A stretch of DNA of 63,775 bases, filler included, from Choristocarpus tenellus KU-1152 (lineage: Eukaryota > Protista > Phaeophyceae): assembly GCA_964200185.2 (NCBI GenBank). It is 13 parts of 13 records of this genome, joined end to end, with 100 filler letters (N's around TTAATTAATTAA, not from the genome) between each part and the next. Parts side by side here need not be neighbours in the genome. Positions count along the whole stretch, not along the records: positions 1 to 9,151 come from CAXNAD020003939.1; positions 9,252 to 12,408 come from CAXNAD020021892.1; 11 more parts are not named here. The stretch is one strand, 5' to 3'. The notes under the pieces are model-generated. The model was given only the letters and a program-made list of their open reading frames with translations, did not search any database and was not told where the DNA came from. Shown in pieces: positions 1 through 12,508 of this stretch. Position numbers and translations under genes: made by a program. Within the stretch, counting starts at the first letter, position 1, and every line of letters starts with the position of its first letter.

Positions 1-124
1 ATCTCACCTGGGGTGGGGGGGGGGGGTAGGGGGGGGGCACTCCTACTGCGCCCATCCAACCTGAACTATGTATTGCTACACACGCATACACATCGCTATT
101 CACACATATGTCTGTGTATATATA

Positions 125-128
<4 letters not shown>

Positions 129-175
<47 letters not shown>
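129..175. repeat. (GT)n microsatellite
   Basis: Pure TG run upstream of the first visible LDHD exon. A second (GT)n array lies at about 45592-45651. Confidence 0.95.
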
Positions 176-178
<3 letters not shown>

Positions 179-238
179 TATGGGTGTGAATCTGTGCTGC
201 TTTATGTATATAATTTTTTTTTCTCTTTTTTTTTCCAG

Positions 239-3200
239 GAGTGCAAACTTATATGGCGTCAGCGAAAGGAGGCATTGTGGAGTGTAATGGGGGCATACCC
301 CAACCAGGAATGCATGGTTACCGATGTTTGTGTCCCAATATCCAGGCTGGCTGAACTGATTGGAGTCAGCAAGATGGAGCTTGATGCTTCGCCTCTTGGA
401 GCTCCAATTGTGGCCCATGCAGTGAGTGACAGGAGACTACGATCAGTACTGTTGTGATTTATTTAACAAGGGTTTTTGTACTGGTTTGTATCTTGTGTGT
501 TTATTTATTTTATTTTTTGTAATGGACTTGCTGTACAGTAGTAGGGTCGTGTCAAATTTCTTAGTAGATTGGGTGACGACAATAGTAGTGATAAAGATTG
601 AGGTGTAAGGAAGTTTCTTATTAGATCCGATGACAATAATAATAATAATATTAATAATAATAAGATTAAGGTTCGAGGGGGGATGGTACGGAGAGCAACA
701 TTTTGACCAATAGGACAGGTTGTATGCCACAACTGAGTCAATTTGGATGTAGAGATTGTTTGCCCTGCAACACCTCCGCCAAGTCTCTGTACTCTCATGT
801 ATTTGACATGATGTGAAACAACCCTTTTTTTTTTATTAATAATGTTGGTTAAAGTGTGATGTATTGTGGGAGGGGGTCGGCATGGCATGGATGTGAGTAG
901 GGCGAGATGAGGGAGATAGGAGAGGAGAGGAAAGGAAAGGAAAGGAAAGGAGAGGTAGTATATGTAGTGCACAGTGGTGCTGATAAGATTTTTTCTGTGT
1001 AGGAAGTTAATGTGAAGTTTTTCCAGGATTTTTTTAAGAGGATGTGGAAGTTACCACCATTTGCCCTTGATGGATCTCCTTCTTTGCCCAGCCAGCAGCA
1101 GGGGTTCACTCCCTTTGATAATTTTTGTATTGCCTATTTTGGGTGATCATTGCAGAGGATCATGTGAATGATAATTACTGAAATTCAAACTGTATTTTGG
1201 AAGTTTGTAGTTTGTAGGGTTACAGGTGAATGCATAGAAGAGATGCACAATGCCCCAAATCTCTCCTACACTCCTCTCTCCTCCCCCCCCCGACCCCCAT
1301 GGATAGGGTTTCCTATTCTTGATCTAGCATTTTTGTTGTTGTTGCTCCTGTTGTGTGTCTCCTCCATAGGGGGATGGAAACTTCCATGCACTGATTATGT
1401 TTGACAAAGATGACCCTGCTGCAGTGGCTGAGGCAAAGAGGCTGAGCTCCTTCATGGTGCACAAGGTGTGGAGTAGGGTGGGGGGTGGGGGTGGTGGGGA
1501 GGGGAGCAAGGGGATGGGCTATGGTTGCTTTGTGCCATGGGTTGGTTAGAAGTAGTTGTTGGTTATAGGACTTGTTGTCTGAACTTTTAATACTATGCTT
1601 GTACTGAGTTGAATACTCTGTTTTCTGAGCATATGATGAATGTTGACTATTGATGTACTACACTATCAATGTCATTGTTTATTAAAATTCAAGGATGAAA
1701 ATATCTGTTTGTCTGACTGGGGCTTGTGTGATGTCAGGTTTGTAGCCTCCTTGTATCAGACCACCTGCTTAATTCTTGCCTCCGGGTTTAGTGCCAACCG
1801 ATACCTGTGTTGTTATGGGTTGATGAGACACACACGCAAACACACATGCACACGCACCCGCACAGGCATTGGAGATGGAGGGAACTTGTACCGGGGAGCA
1901 TGGTGTTGGCACAGGAAAGATCAAGTATCTCAATGGTGGGTAGTGGGATTGGGGAGGGGGGAGGGGGGGGGGGGGGGGGGGAGGGTAAAGTGGGAATGGG
2001 AATGTGTGCCTGTCTTTCTGTGTGTCGATGGGTATAGATGAGTCTACCAGAACAGTGTAAAGAGTGTCGCACTGGTTCAGACTGTGATGAGATTAGGCTG
2101 TAGGTGGTGATGGGGGAGAGGGGGAAGTCAAAGATTTGGGTTTGCTTATGTTTGCAGGCGTTTGACATATGTAAGATAAGAAGTGTGTGTGCTTTTTTAG
2201 CACCGAAGAAGGGAGGTTGTTTTGTGATATTTATATTTTTATTAATGCATTTACAGAGCAAGATCCCATCGCTTCATGTCCACTGCCTCATGCAGCGCTT
2301 CTTCCTTCAATTCAAGATACTTATTTTCAATGTATGTGTATGTATTTTCTATGTTAGGGTCCTGTGACTGGTTGGATGGAAGGACATGGGCACACAACTA
2401 TCTCGTTGTGCCATCTCTCTCTTGGTGGTTGCCTCCCCCCCGCCCTCCCCTTCCATTGACCTCACTGGCAATTGTTACTCACAGCCAATGCGTGTTGATG
2501 CGCTTGTGAAGAGTGTGGTGGTATTATACAGCAAAAAATAATACTTTCTGTTGATCAAGGGGCGGAGAGGAAGGGGGAGATTGCAGTAGATTTTTGAACA
2601 GCGTCCTGTCCCTCTGACCATTGACATGAAGTGATAACTCACTTGCTACCGGCTGCAGTCAATCCTAACCTCTCTGTCAGAAGGAGAATGTGTTGAGGTT
2701 TGGTAGTGTATTGAGTTTGTTCCATCTCTGGAGCATTCGCTCCTGAGGACAGACAACCTTTGTATTTTTGTGCCTGAACGACATTACTGCTTTCAGTAGC
2801 TCTCTGATTGCTTAACTTGTTTGGGATCTCCCTTCTGTTTAGGACTACTATTTTGGAGGTAGAAGGTGCTGTGCGGAGTCTGGCTTTCCCTCCATCCCTA
2901 TGCCTTTTCTCACTTTTGTTTGTTTGATATTGTTTGTTCTGGCTCTATTGTGAACATTGTTGTGACTCACTGTTTCCGATTTTGGAAACCTCTTGAGCGG
3001 TCTCTTCCTTGTCCAGCTTGCTTCAGAATTTGATTCTTTGTGTTTACGTTGATGCCTTAAAATACTGTCGATTGAATTAGTCTGCACAGTGGTGGAGAAG
3101 GAGAGTTATTATCCATCATCTTATGGAATTGTTCTTCTTCCAAGCATTTTCTGTTGCGGAATTTGAACAAGATTTGGAAGAACAAATGCAAACGCTGATT

Positions 3201-3495
3201 CACTGTCAACACTACTACCAACAATACCATTACTAGTCCTTTTTTAATCTTGCCTCTCATGGTGTGTGGTGTGCTTGTACATTGACTGACATTATGGCTG
3301 CTGTTGCTGCTACCATTCCTCCTGCACATGTGACTGTTTTGCCTCGACAATTTGCAAGATGAGTTGGGGACTGGGGCGACCCAGACGATGGCAGCAATCA
3401 AACACGCCATCGACCCTGCAGGACTCATGAACCCTGGCAAGATCCTCCCACACCGAAGGGATCCTCGCACTGGGCGCCTTGTGCTCTGCACTTGA
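239..3495 (+). CDS. LDHD: D-lactate dehydrogenase (cytochrome), FAD-linked oxidase family; last four exons, 5' partial
   Basis: Exons 239-421, 1370-1465, 1866-1935 and 3359-3495 join in frame through GT-AG introns. Product: ...TDVCVPISRLAELI...VAHA|GDGNFHALI...|ALEMEGTCTGEHGVGTGKIKYLN|DELG...IKHAIDPAGLMNPGKI...*. TDVCVP, HAGDGNFH, GEHGVG and DPxGLMNPGK are the D-LDH/DLD1 C-terminal motifs. Confidence 0.93.
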
Positions 3496-6019
3496 GGCAA
3501 GGGGAGATGGTGAGGTGGTATGTAATATAAAGAAGAGGACTTTGTGGGTCTACTTGTTTGTCGTGAGCCCCTTCTTGCTGTAGAGGTATTGGGGCTTCAT
3601 TTCGACAGTGTTGATGACGGAGACAGATGTGGGAGTGTGAAGAAGGGGGAGGGTGCACGAAGCACCTTGTCCTGACCTGATGGCTTAGCAGGGAAGAAGG
3701 GGGAGCGGGCAGGGTGAAGGTCAGGTGTTGACTCTGCCTTGAGATAAGGGACCAGTATGCCTCTTCTACAAAATTACCGACGCACTATTACAGGACAAGA
3801 GCACAGCATGTATGCCCAACGGACAACCATCAAGACATACCAATGTGCAGCATTTTTTGTGATGCTTTTTGTGACTGTTCACTTGTGTACATGGAATTGT
3901 GCAGCTATTTCGAGATTGGGTGAGCACTTCTGGTTGATGTGACTCAGTATTACAGCACCAGTAATTTGGGAGTGGAATTGGTGAAGGAGAGTAGTGAGTT
4001 GGAAGGGGATACCTTTCGTGAGGGATCACTTAGTGATAGCATTAGTGGGTGATGACTGATGGTGCAGACTATTTTTCTAGATAGGTTATTGACCCTACAG
4101 TGTACCTCAAGTATGAATCTGTGTTCTGTGCTGACACGCATGTGTGGTTGTTTACATTTGTCACTTATTTTGTCATGTTCAGTTCTGAGGAAGAATGTGG
4201 TTGGATACCGTGATACAAGTCTTGTCCTGCTATTTTGTGCTTATCAATGCAGGTCAGTTGTACATACTCCTGTGTTGTGATATGCATTGAAGTATGCTCT
4301 CTGAAGCTCAAAACTGAGGGCTTCTGCCGCATACCATGTGAATTGCCCCTTGCATGAGATGGGATTAGTGGTGCTGCAGGTCAAGTGTGATATTAAAGCA
4401 ATAGAGCAATCTGTTCATGTGGGTAACAAAATTGGATTTTTTTATTTTTTTCTGTCTCAGTAACGTTATTTTGGCGTTGTAGTTGTCCGTGGGTCATGGT
4501 GCATAGGAAGGAGTATGCCTCGGCAGCATATTAATTTACATAGAAGAAAAGAGTAAATTCATAAAACTGATACCATAAATTATAGTCGTTTGTGTTTACC
4601 ACATACTGATGCATCCAGTCAATGTTCATTGAAACACTGTCACATGAAACAAAAGCTGTGTCATTATCACTGTAATTATCCTGACCATCTTGACTTGTTT
4701 CATTGACCCATGTGACTACTCTCTTGATGGATCTTGTGCTGGTGCCAAATATTGCCTCTTCTTTTCTTGTGCTTAGCTGGAAAGTAACAGCAGAGTAGCA
4801 AAAATATAAGACTGAAGCTTCCACAACTTCTCAACAAAAGTCTACTATATCGCCATTTATTTGTTGTTAACCACTTGTTTTGTCCTGTCAACACAGTAGG
4901 GTACATGTATATGTGGGATAAATACAGAAATTATTGTCTTTGCATAGTTGCAACATCAAACGAAATTATTTAAGGCTGATCGAGTGGACACTCTACTTGA
5001 TCATCTGCATATAACCCATGATCCATCATGTAGGAACAACTTGTGATGTTATTTTTTTTTGTCTCACAATAAACAAAATTCGGACGATTGGAGTGATCAA
5101 GGGACCAGAAGATACCACTACCACGAAAGAATGAACTCCAGGCAAGGTGTGTGGAGTGTGTGTGTACTTAAGGATAAGCGGGATGTGTTCCTGGGTCACC
5201 AGCAGACGATGTGATGGAGTAGACAGGGAGGGGAAGGGGCAAGTTACAAGTGGGACCATAGTGTGGATGCAGGAGTATGTACATAAGGTAGTTAGTTCTT
5301 CATATGCATTGCATCACTCACTCCATCCAGCAGGAGAGTAGAGACACAGCACTTTGAACTGACATACTACTTACAAAAGTAACACTGCAGCAATGGTGCA
5401 ATGCACCAAAACCATCTCTGAACACACTATGAAACAAGTAGTTTCGTTTGAATTTTTTTTAAATCCTACGTCACATCTCACAAATGCTTTCGATTCACAC
5501 ATCGAAGATTTATTATGCCTGGCCCTGCCAAAAGGCTCCATGATCAAACTGACTTGAAAAATTATAATGTGTTACACACTCCATTGTATAAATACCCAAA
5601 ATCTACACACAGCACAAAAATCGAGGTGTGTGAATTGCCAAGGTCCCTGAGCAGAGCACAATCAAGTATAAAGCAAAAAAACACTCCTAAATTTTCGGTT
5701 TTCATGTTAATCATGATCTTATTGCTACAATTCAAAATACTACCTACCCTTGAAGTGCCACTCATCGGAGACATTTGAATAGTAGTTACTGCAGAGTGTA
5801 TCTCTTGTTGATGTTGCACATCACCTTCAATTGGCCACAACACTACACTAAAACTAAAAAAGTCACGCCCCATACCAGAGATGCGCTGAACCTAGCCCAA
5901 GACTGACGAGAATGCAAAAAAGAGATAAGAGCATTCAATTTTTCCACAATACCTACACAAAAACTGACATTTGTACACAGAAACACACACAAAAGTACAG
6001 ACACACCTGTCTTCATGAT

Positions 6020-8920
6020 TCACCCTACACCCTGGTCTACCTCTACCCCCACAAGTCCGTAGGCACGTAGAAAGATCTTCAGAGAATCGTTTTCAATCGA
6101 AACTGGCGGCATGTATGGCTTTACCCATTCCCGTGTCCACCACCGACCAATACTCTTTCCCCCATGTTGGACACCACTTCCGCCACTACTGTCCTCTGTA
6201 ACTGTCCCAGATTTGAGAGGGCAGTTCTGGAGCATGTCGCTCTTCCCGTCCCCGTCACCTTCACATGTGCTCTGTAGTGACGAGAACCTGGCAACAGGAA
6301 ATTCAATACAAGTTCGCACATTGGTGTGATGTGAAAGTAGATACCCAGTATGTGTCATGATTCAAACGAACATTCAATTCCACATCATACAAGATTTTTA
6401 AAAAAAGAGGAAGAAAGGGGGCCCGCCTCTTGTTTCAGAACCCCCCTGTTAAAATTTCATCGAAAGGGTGAACTGTTCCAATACTACCATCTTATTCGTG
6501 AAAGTTGAGATAGTGAGGTAGCAACAGAAGAGGGCGGGGACCTAGATTCAAGTGAAGCGGTGAACAAATTAGTCCAAGTACCAAGGTCTATACGGCAGGT
6601 TACTAATGAAATACAAGAAAAAATACGTCATTTCTGCCAACTGAAACAATGGGGGTTGGGAATACATCGACCATAGTTGATGGTGTAAGGCGTACTCAAA
6701 ATAATACTCCTGTTGTAAATGCTTTTTCACTTAGAGACACAGTGATGCTGACCAAAACTGCCCCAATATATTGCACCGGTCTGAAGCAGGTGAACAAAAA
6801 GCTAGTTCCATGTGAGAGTGGATGCAGATTGATGGGTGCAAGCAACACCCCAACAAGTACACCTACTGCTTCTACCGTGGTGAAAGTAAGGTCACCCCAA
6901 GACAGTGTATAATACAGGTAGTAGATAAGTGCTGTCATAGGCCATCTACTCACAAGGTGGAGGACACAACTCAAACCTATTTAGCTATCATCTTCATAAT
7001 ACAGAGCAGATAATAGCCAAGAATGTCACAACCAGTTGTGTCTCCCCCAGAATGAAAAATCGACCCATTGCTTCAAGAAAATCGCTGAAGAGGGTGTTGC
7101 ATTACCAACAATATATGATGTTGTGAACCATGACAACCAATCCATCCAATTTGTCTATTCAAAAACTAATCCACAGCATACTGCAATCGAAACATTTCAA
7201 TCAGTCCATTGTTTTCTCACAGGTATGCACGCAACGCATGAGGAGCTGTTCCAACCTTAAGCACATACCTCAAACATTTCGATCTGATCAAGCACACTCA
7301 ATTTTTCAAACCCATTTTAACACGTTGTCATCAATCCGTTCGATGATTCATACCACTCCAAATACACTACGGCTTCTACCAATCAGCGCTGTCCTATCAA
7401 TTTGAGAAAGAACCATTGCGGGGGGTTTGTGTGTGTATGTTTGTGTGTTTTTCTTTCCTAGGTCTTACTCGTAGTTGAATAGGTCTGCTTTAATGAACCG
7501 TGGCGGCCCACCACCACCCTCATTGTCCACAGCAAAGGGATCCAAAGTCAGCAGGGACGCTGCCCTTGACCTTGTTTCATCCCTAGGGTCCATTAGCTTG
7601 GCTACCAGGTGCACAAGCCATGGATTATTTTGATAGTTCTGAAAGGCGGCAAACCATAAGAGCTACATTGCCTCAAGGGGAGGTGGGCACGGGAAGCAAG
7701 ACACCCGGGGAGGAAAGAGGGTAAAGTGGGGGCAGGGGGTGGGGGGTGAACTCCCGAAGGCAAAAAATAAGGTTGATAGATTTCCAGCACATCATCCAGC
7801 ACTTCGCAAGTTTGTGGGCAGGTTTGGAAGTGTGATGCTGTACCTGTGAACAATGGAAAAAAACTGTACATATTCTTCTGTAACTCACTATCTCCGTTTT
7901 GCAGCAACTTGAACAAGAAAAGCGGACCTCTCTCGTGTCACTAATGCGCCTAAGGAAATAAAAAATAATATCTGATATTATGCACGCGTCAGACTGGTCA
8001 AATACACGGTTACCAAATGGTTTTCGACAAGTTGAACCTGCTCTGCAGTGAACAAAATATACAGTAGTGACAGCTTCAGAGCGTTTTGAAAGACTCCAAA
8101 GAATATTTTCTGATTGCATTGCCAGGAAGGGGCATGCACACAGGTAAGAAAAGGAAACCATGTGTGCCTGAAAGGACTGTACAGTGGATGGCATTCACAC
8201 GAATAGTGAGCTGTAGGACATGAGATGCGCCATAGGGCAGGACCAATGACAAGAGGATCCAAAGAGAAGGAATGACATGGAACACTACATCAACATCAGT
8301 GTCAAAATGGGGTGTACCTCTAAAGCTGTAAAAGATGTCCTTCCAAGCAAATGCTTGTGCAGTGGTATTAATAGTGTTTGTACCTAGGTGCTTACCCAAT
8401 CCAGACGATAATGGTAGGGAGTGATTACACAGGGTCTTCGATCGATGTCTCCGGGCTTGCACTTGAACTCTTGACAAAGAGATTAGCGTATTTTTTGATT
8501 AATTCGAAAAAAGAATGTAACAGAACAGAACGGAACAAAGGGAACTAGTTAGTGTTTCACGCAAGGAAGGATCACACAATGTCATGGGTTACCTACCAAT
8601 AACTCCTTTCCATAAGCATGGTGCCATGTTGCTATCATCCAATGCGCAGTGGAGGTCATTCGACACAGGTATTCTACACACCAAGCACATGTTTCCAAGA
8701 CAAATAGTCTAAGATGCACTTGTTGATCTGCCTACCTATACACTCAAACTCAAACTCACACTCACACACAAACACACAAGCAAGTATCGCTGATTATTCC
8801 ACATCTACTTATTACTCATCACAACTTCAGAGGTAGATGCTCACCGTACTCTCTCCACTCTGCCTTGGGGTCCATAGGATCAGGATGGCGTGTACCCATA
8901 AGCACTACCTCCCCTCTCAC
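6020..8920 (-). CDS. LMF1: Lipase maturation factor (LMF1-like); last four exons, 5' partial
   Basis: Minus-strand exons 8920-8845, 8469-8396, 7662-7469 and 6287-6020 are phase-consistent. Product: VRGEVVLMGT...AEWREY|EFKCKPGDIDRRPCVITPYHYRLDW|LLWFAAFQNYQNNPWLVHLVAKL...PPRFIKADLFNY|EFS...GRWWTREWVKPYMPPVS...*. EFKCKPGD, PYHYRLDW, WFAAFQ and WWxR..YxPP match the LMF1 C-terminal domain. Confidence 0.93.
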
Positions 8921-9151
8921 CTATATACAATATACATAATAGAGGGATATCCCATATGAAGGGGCAAGGACCCATCAGTTGGGGCAGGGTGGTGGGGGTG
9001 CTTGTGAATTCTGAGTTTTCTCTTGTTTTCATGTGACATGCTAATGTTAGTGCAATAACAGCCTAAGGCCTCAGGGGCGGATGAATAGGTGTGTGGGGAG
9101 GGGGGGGGGGGGGGCTCCCAAAGATAAAAGGTGGCAGAAAACGGTTTTTTT

Positions 9152-9251
9152 NNNNNNNNNNNNNNNNNNNNNNNNNNNNNNNNNNNNNNNNNNNNTTAAT
9201 TAATTAANNNNNNNNNNNNNNNNNNNNNNNNNNNNNNNNNNNNNNNNNNNN
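9152..9251. other. Artificial contig spacer (44 N + TTAATTAATTAA + 44 N), first of 12
   Basis: Identical 100-bp spacers at 9152-9251, 12409-12508, 17412-17511, 22635-22734, 25619-25718, 30019-30118, 33382-33481, 39652-39751, 45273-45372, 52328-52427, 56866-56965 and 60922-61021. TTAATTAATTAA gives stops in all six frames. Separate 10-N gaps at 56230-56239 and 63483-63492. Confidence 0.99.
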
Positions 9252-9470
9252 CTGATAGAGATGGTCTGGGGACGGGCGAAGCACTATTTACGAGGCCAAT
9301 GTGACTACACGTTGCCTGGAATGAGAGCCAACATTCCTCTCAGTCTTAAGGAGGAAGGGGAGCTGTCCAGAGTAATTGTGGAGAAGTTCTTCAGGATGAG
9401 TATTGCTTACCACCTGATATATTCCAACGAGAAAAGCATGGAGTGCACCAAATTGGACAGGGTGAATTAG
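9252..9470 (+). mobile_element. C-terminal fragment of an IS630/Tc1-like DDE transposase, cut by the contig start
   Basis: The frame from the contig edge reads LIEMVWGRAKHYLRGQCDYTLPGMRANIPLSL...IVEKFFRMSIAY. This resembles the (N)PIExxWxxxKxxxR motif carrying the catalytic E of DDE_3-type transposases. A CpG-rich segment at about 9685-9755 may be the element end. Confidence 0.6.
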
Positions 9471-10645
9471 ATATTAAAGTCTCACAGGAGGCCCGCACCT
9501 TCAGAATACCTCATTTGACTTGACATTGATTGTCTGGTTCAGAAACCCGGGTCCCCATGAGTGAGTCTTAGTCAGCAGGTGACAACATCGCATAAACGGG
9601 ACATGATGGAAGAGAATAGAGAGGCAACAACGCGCATGTTCTCCCGGTGAAGATGGTCTCTTCCGGCGTCAAATCGTTCTTAAATGCACATGGGGCGCGC
9701 GCCGCGTGGCACCCCGCACGAACCACTCGCGCGGGCTAATCGATTTATGAAGGTTCCTTACCACAACCTACCCAATTTTGGAAGGAGCAGCTCAACACAG
9801 GAGGGCTCTCCATCTTCCAAACTCCAAACTACCCTTTCCCTTTTCCCAATTTCTAAATCGCCTGAGAATATTCTATCTCAGGTATATCTAAAAGGGCATC
9901 CACAAAACAGTAATTCAACAAACTTGTCAAGCAAAATGCGGATATCCCTACTACCTACATTTCAACCACCACCATCTTTGTGTACAGTTTTGCTCTCTGT
10001 GGCACGGGTATGTTTATGTTCTGAATGATCGCTCTTTGGAAGGACATACCTACAAAATCTATAAATCTCTCTCTCCCTATATATATATTCAGCAATGCCA
10101 ACGGCGGTATGATGTAGGCTTCATTTGTAACATGTATTTTGAATCATGCCAAGAGTTGGGAGATAAAAAAATTCTGGGGGACACAGAATCAAATGAGCAG
10201 CAAAACGTCCATTGGTGAGTTGACTTTTGCATTTGCTGCTTTGGGTCATTAGGGATGTATTTGCAAACTGTGACATACTGTTGGCAGAGGTCATGCCGTT
10301 GCAGTTGCTCCTCCCCCTTTTGTTATCCGCAGAAACTAATATCAGTATTGTTTACCATTTTTGACACTAGGGCCTCAACATATCACGGTAAGAAGTTTTG
10401 TGATACTATTGATTTCTCAAGGGACAATGGACAAGAAAAAAAATGGAAGATCTAAATTGGAGCTATCAATAAAAAATTAGGAAGTAGTGCGGCACAGTAT
10501 ATCCTTACCGTGGTGCCTCACTTTGAACTAGAGTGTATATTTTACTATGATTCTATTTTCTTTGTGCTACTCCTATACCGTGAGAAGAAATTGAACCAGA
10601 AATGTATTGTTTTCTGTATGAGCGTTACACTATCAAGTCTGAATA

Positions 10646-11650
10646 TTATAACGGTGAAATCTTCCTCAATCCTCCAGACAACCGCCGGAAAGGACGATGT
10701 TCATCAGTCGTTGGCTGTCCCTCAATATCACTTTCCTGCCAGGCGCTCACATCGCCGGCCATTTTCATTGCATTTCCATCCCTCCTAACATCTGGAAGTG
10801 GGGAGAGGCGAAGCGCACAGGACAGAGAGTTCTCAGCTCTACTGAAGGATCTGAGGATGGATCCTGCTCTATTGAATGAATTGCCCTCCGAGTCCTCGTC
10901 CACTCCAGCACTGTTTTTATGCTGCTGTAGTTCCCCAGTCAATTGGTCAGAACAAATCTGAACATCGGTATTGCTGCGTCTACATACATCCGATCTTACT
11001 TCTGTCCTCATACTTGGTTGGCTGCCCAATCTGATGTGAGGACCTCCTCTCATCCTTGCATCCCAAGGTAATAGCTGGGAACAATGATCAACTCCTCTCT
11101 CCCCATTATGCATGGTTTGATGATGAGCAGAGTCGGGCCTCCGCTCCTCAACGTTGAGGTCAGATGGCTCCTGCCTCAACTTGACCCCTGACGAATTGCT
11201 CGTGTCAAGGACTCCACCAGCATCATTACCCCTGACATGCATTGTTTGTCCTTGTCCATGCTCTATAGAGCCTACTCCCTTCTGTGGAATAAATTTGCCA
11301 CATTTAGCATCGCCTACTCCCATTTTTTTACTCTTATTTCTACATTTTCGCCCGCCTGTACCTTCACCTAGTCCCCCCTGGTCGTCACTGCCACTATCAC
11401 TACAATCACTCCATCGCTGCTTGTCCCAAAGCCCTTCAGACAGCATGACCTGAGTAGTTAGGCCAATTTTTGAGTCCGATTCCTTGCCTCCTCTGCCCCA
11501 ATCTAGTGCTACTCTATTAACTGCTCCAGTGGTTGTTTCAGCAGCTGCATTCTTGATCTGTTGCTCATGCTTAGTCATGAAAGACTTTATCTTGGTGGAA
11601 AGCACTTTGAGCTCACGCCCTTCTGTGGTATTTCCCTTGCCATTTCTCAT
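10646..11650 (-). CDS. Probable terminal exon of an unknown, largely disordered protein (334 aa open frame)
   Basis: 1-kb open frame rich in G/S/D/E/K. The ATG is directly preceded by ...AACAG, an acceptor, so this is probably an exon rather than a whole gene. No recognisable domain. Confidence 0.5.
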   Translation of the reverse strand: MRNGKGNTTEGRELKVLSTKIKSFMTKHEQQIKNAAAETTTGAVNRVALDWGRGGKESDSKIGLTTQVMLSEGLWDKQRWSDCSDSGSDDQGGLGEGTGGRKCRNKSKKMGVGDAKCGKFIPQKGVGSIEHGQGQTMHVRGNDAGGVLDTSNSSGVKLRQEPSDLNVEERRPDSAHHQTMHNGERGVDHCSQLLPWDARMRGGPHIRLGSQPSMRTEVRSDVCRRSNTDVQICSDQLTGELQQHKNSAGVDEDSEGNSFNRAGSILRSFSRAENSLSCALRLSPLPDVRRDGNAMKMAGDVSAWQESDIEGQPTTDEHRPFRRLSGGLRKISPL

Positions 11651-12508
11651 CTGTTATTTTAGGTGCACACCAACATTTTTAGAGGACGAGGATTTTTGTT
11701 TGTTTTGTTTGTGCATGAGTGTCATTTCTGTGCGAGCAATGTCAAGATATGTAGCAATGCCAAGTTTGAAGGTCAGAGAGGGGAAAATTCTGGGAAATTA
11801 CATAATATTGGCTCCGTGTTAACTACAAGAATCCTGTTGGAGTACATGTTTCGGCTTGGATGGTGTCTTGTGCACAAAATCCGAAGGTGGAATTTTTTGA
11901 AAATTAGGGTTAGGATTGAACAAGAAGGGGGACGTACTCATTCCCATCATGCTCAGCAGAGTGGCTAGGTTTGTTCCACAATTCTCTCAAGCTCCAAAAG
12001 CAATCTAACGTACTCTAAGTACAAGGTCTAGCTTTACCACCCAACCGCAGACACCGTCCCGGATATCTGCAAAAACATTTTCCACATCTGTACCACAGTG
12101 GCCAGTTCTTGAAATCAACATTCAAGAAATGTTAACAATTTCAAAATTTGGAAATGTGCGACATCACAATGGCATTTTGTTGTGTTTTTTTTTTTGTGTG
12201 CGTAGTTTTGGCCTTCAGGTTTAGAGCTCAAAGTATCTGGGAGGGGGTGGCGGCTGTCCGTTTGGGGCCAATTTTTTTTATGTCGCGATTTTTGTGTGAT
12301 TTGGTTGCATACATCGGATGGATAAATGTAAGTTCACTTTTTCTGGTTATGGATCGAATGGACACCCTGGTGTAGACCCCGTCACCGATGACCGAACCCC
12401 CACCCCCCNNNNNNNNNNNNNNNNNNNNNNNNNNNNNNNNNNNNNNNNNNNNTTAATTAATTAANNNNNNNNNNNNNNNNNNNNNNNNNNNNNNNNNNNN
12501 NNNNNNNN

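Noticed and set aside
9072-9151. CAGGGGCGG... possible hAT-type MITE terminus
   Set aside because: Cut by the contig end, with no partner TIR or second copy to support it.
9196-9207. Recurrent TTAATTAATTAA palindrome
   Set aside because: It is always centred in exactly 44+44 N, so it is a concatenation linker. Gene neighbourhoods across it were not interpreted.
9252-11650. Transposase next to a 334-aa ORF as a possible Fanzor/TnpB cargo system
   Set aside because: The ORF is low-complexity, begins at a splice acceptor, and shows no RuvC or zinc-finger motifs. No Fanzor-like ORF was recognised elsewhere in the window.
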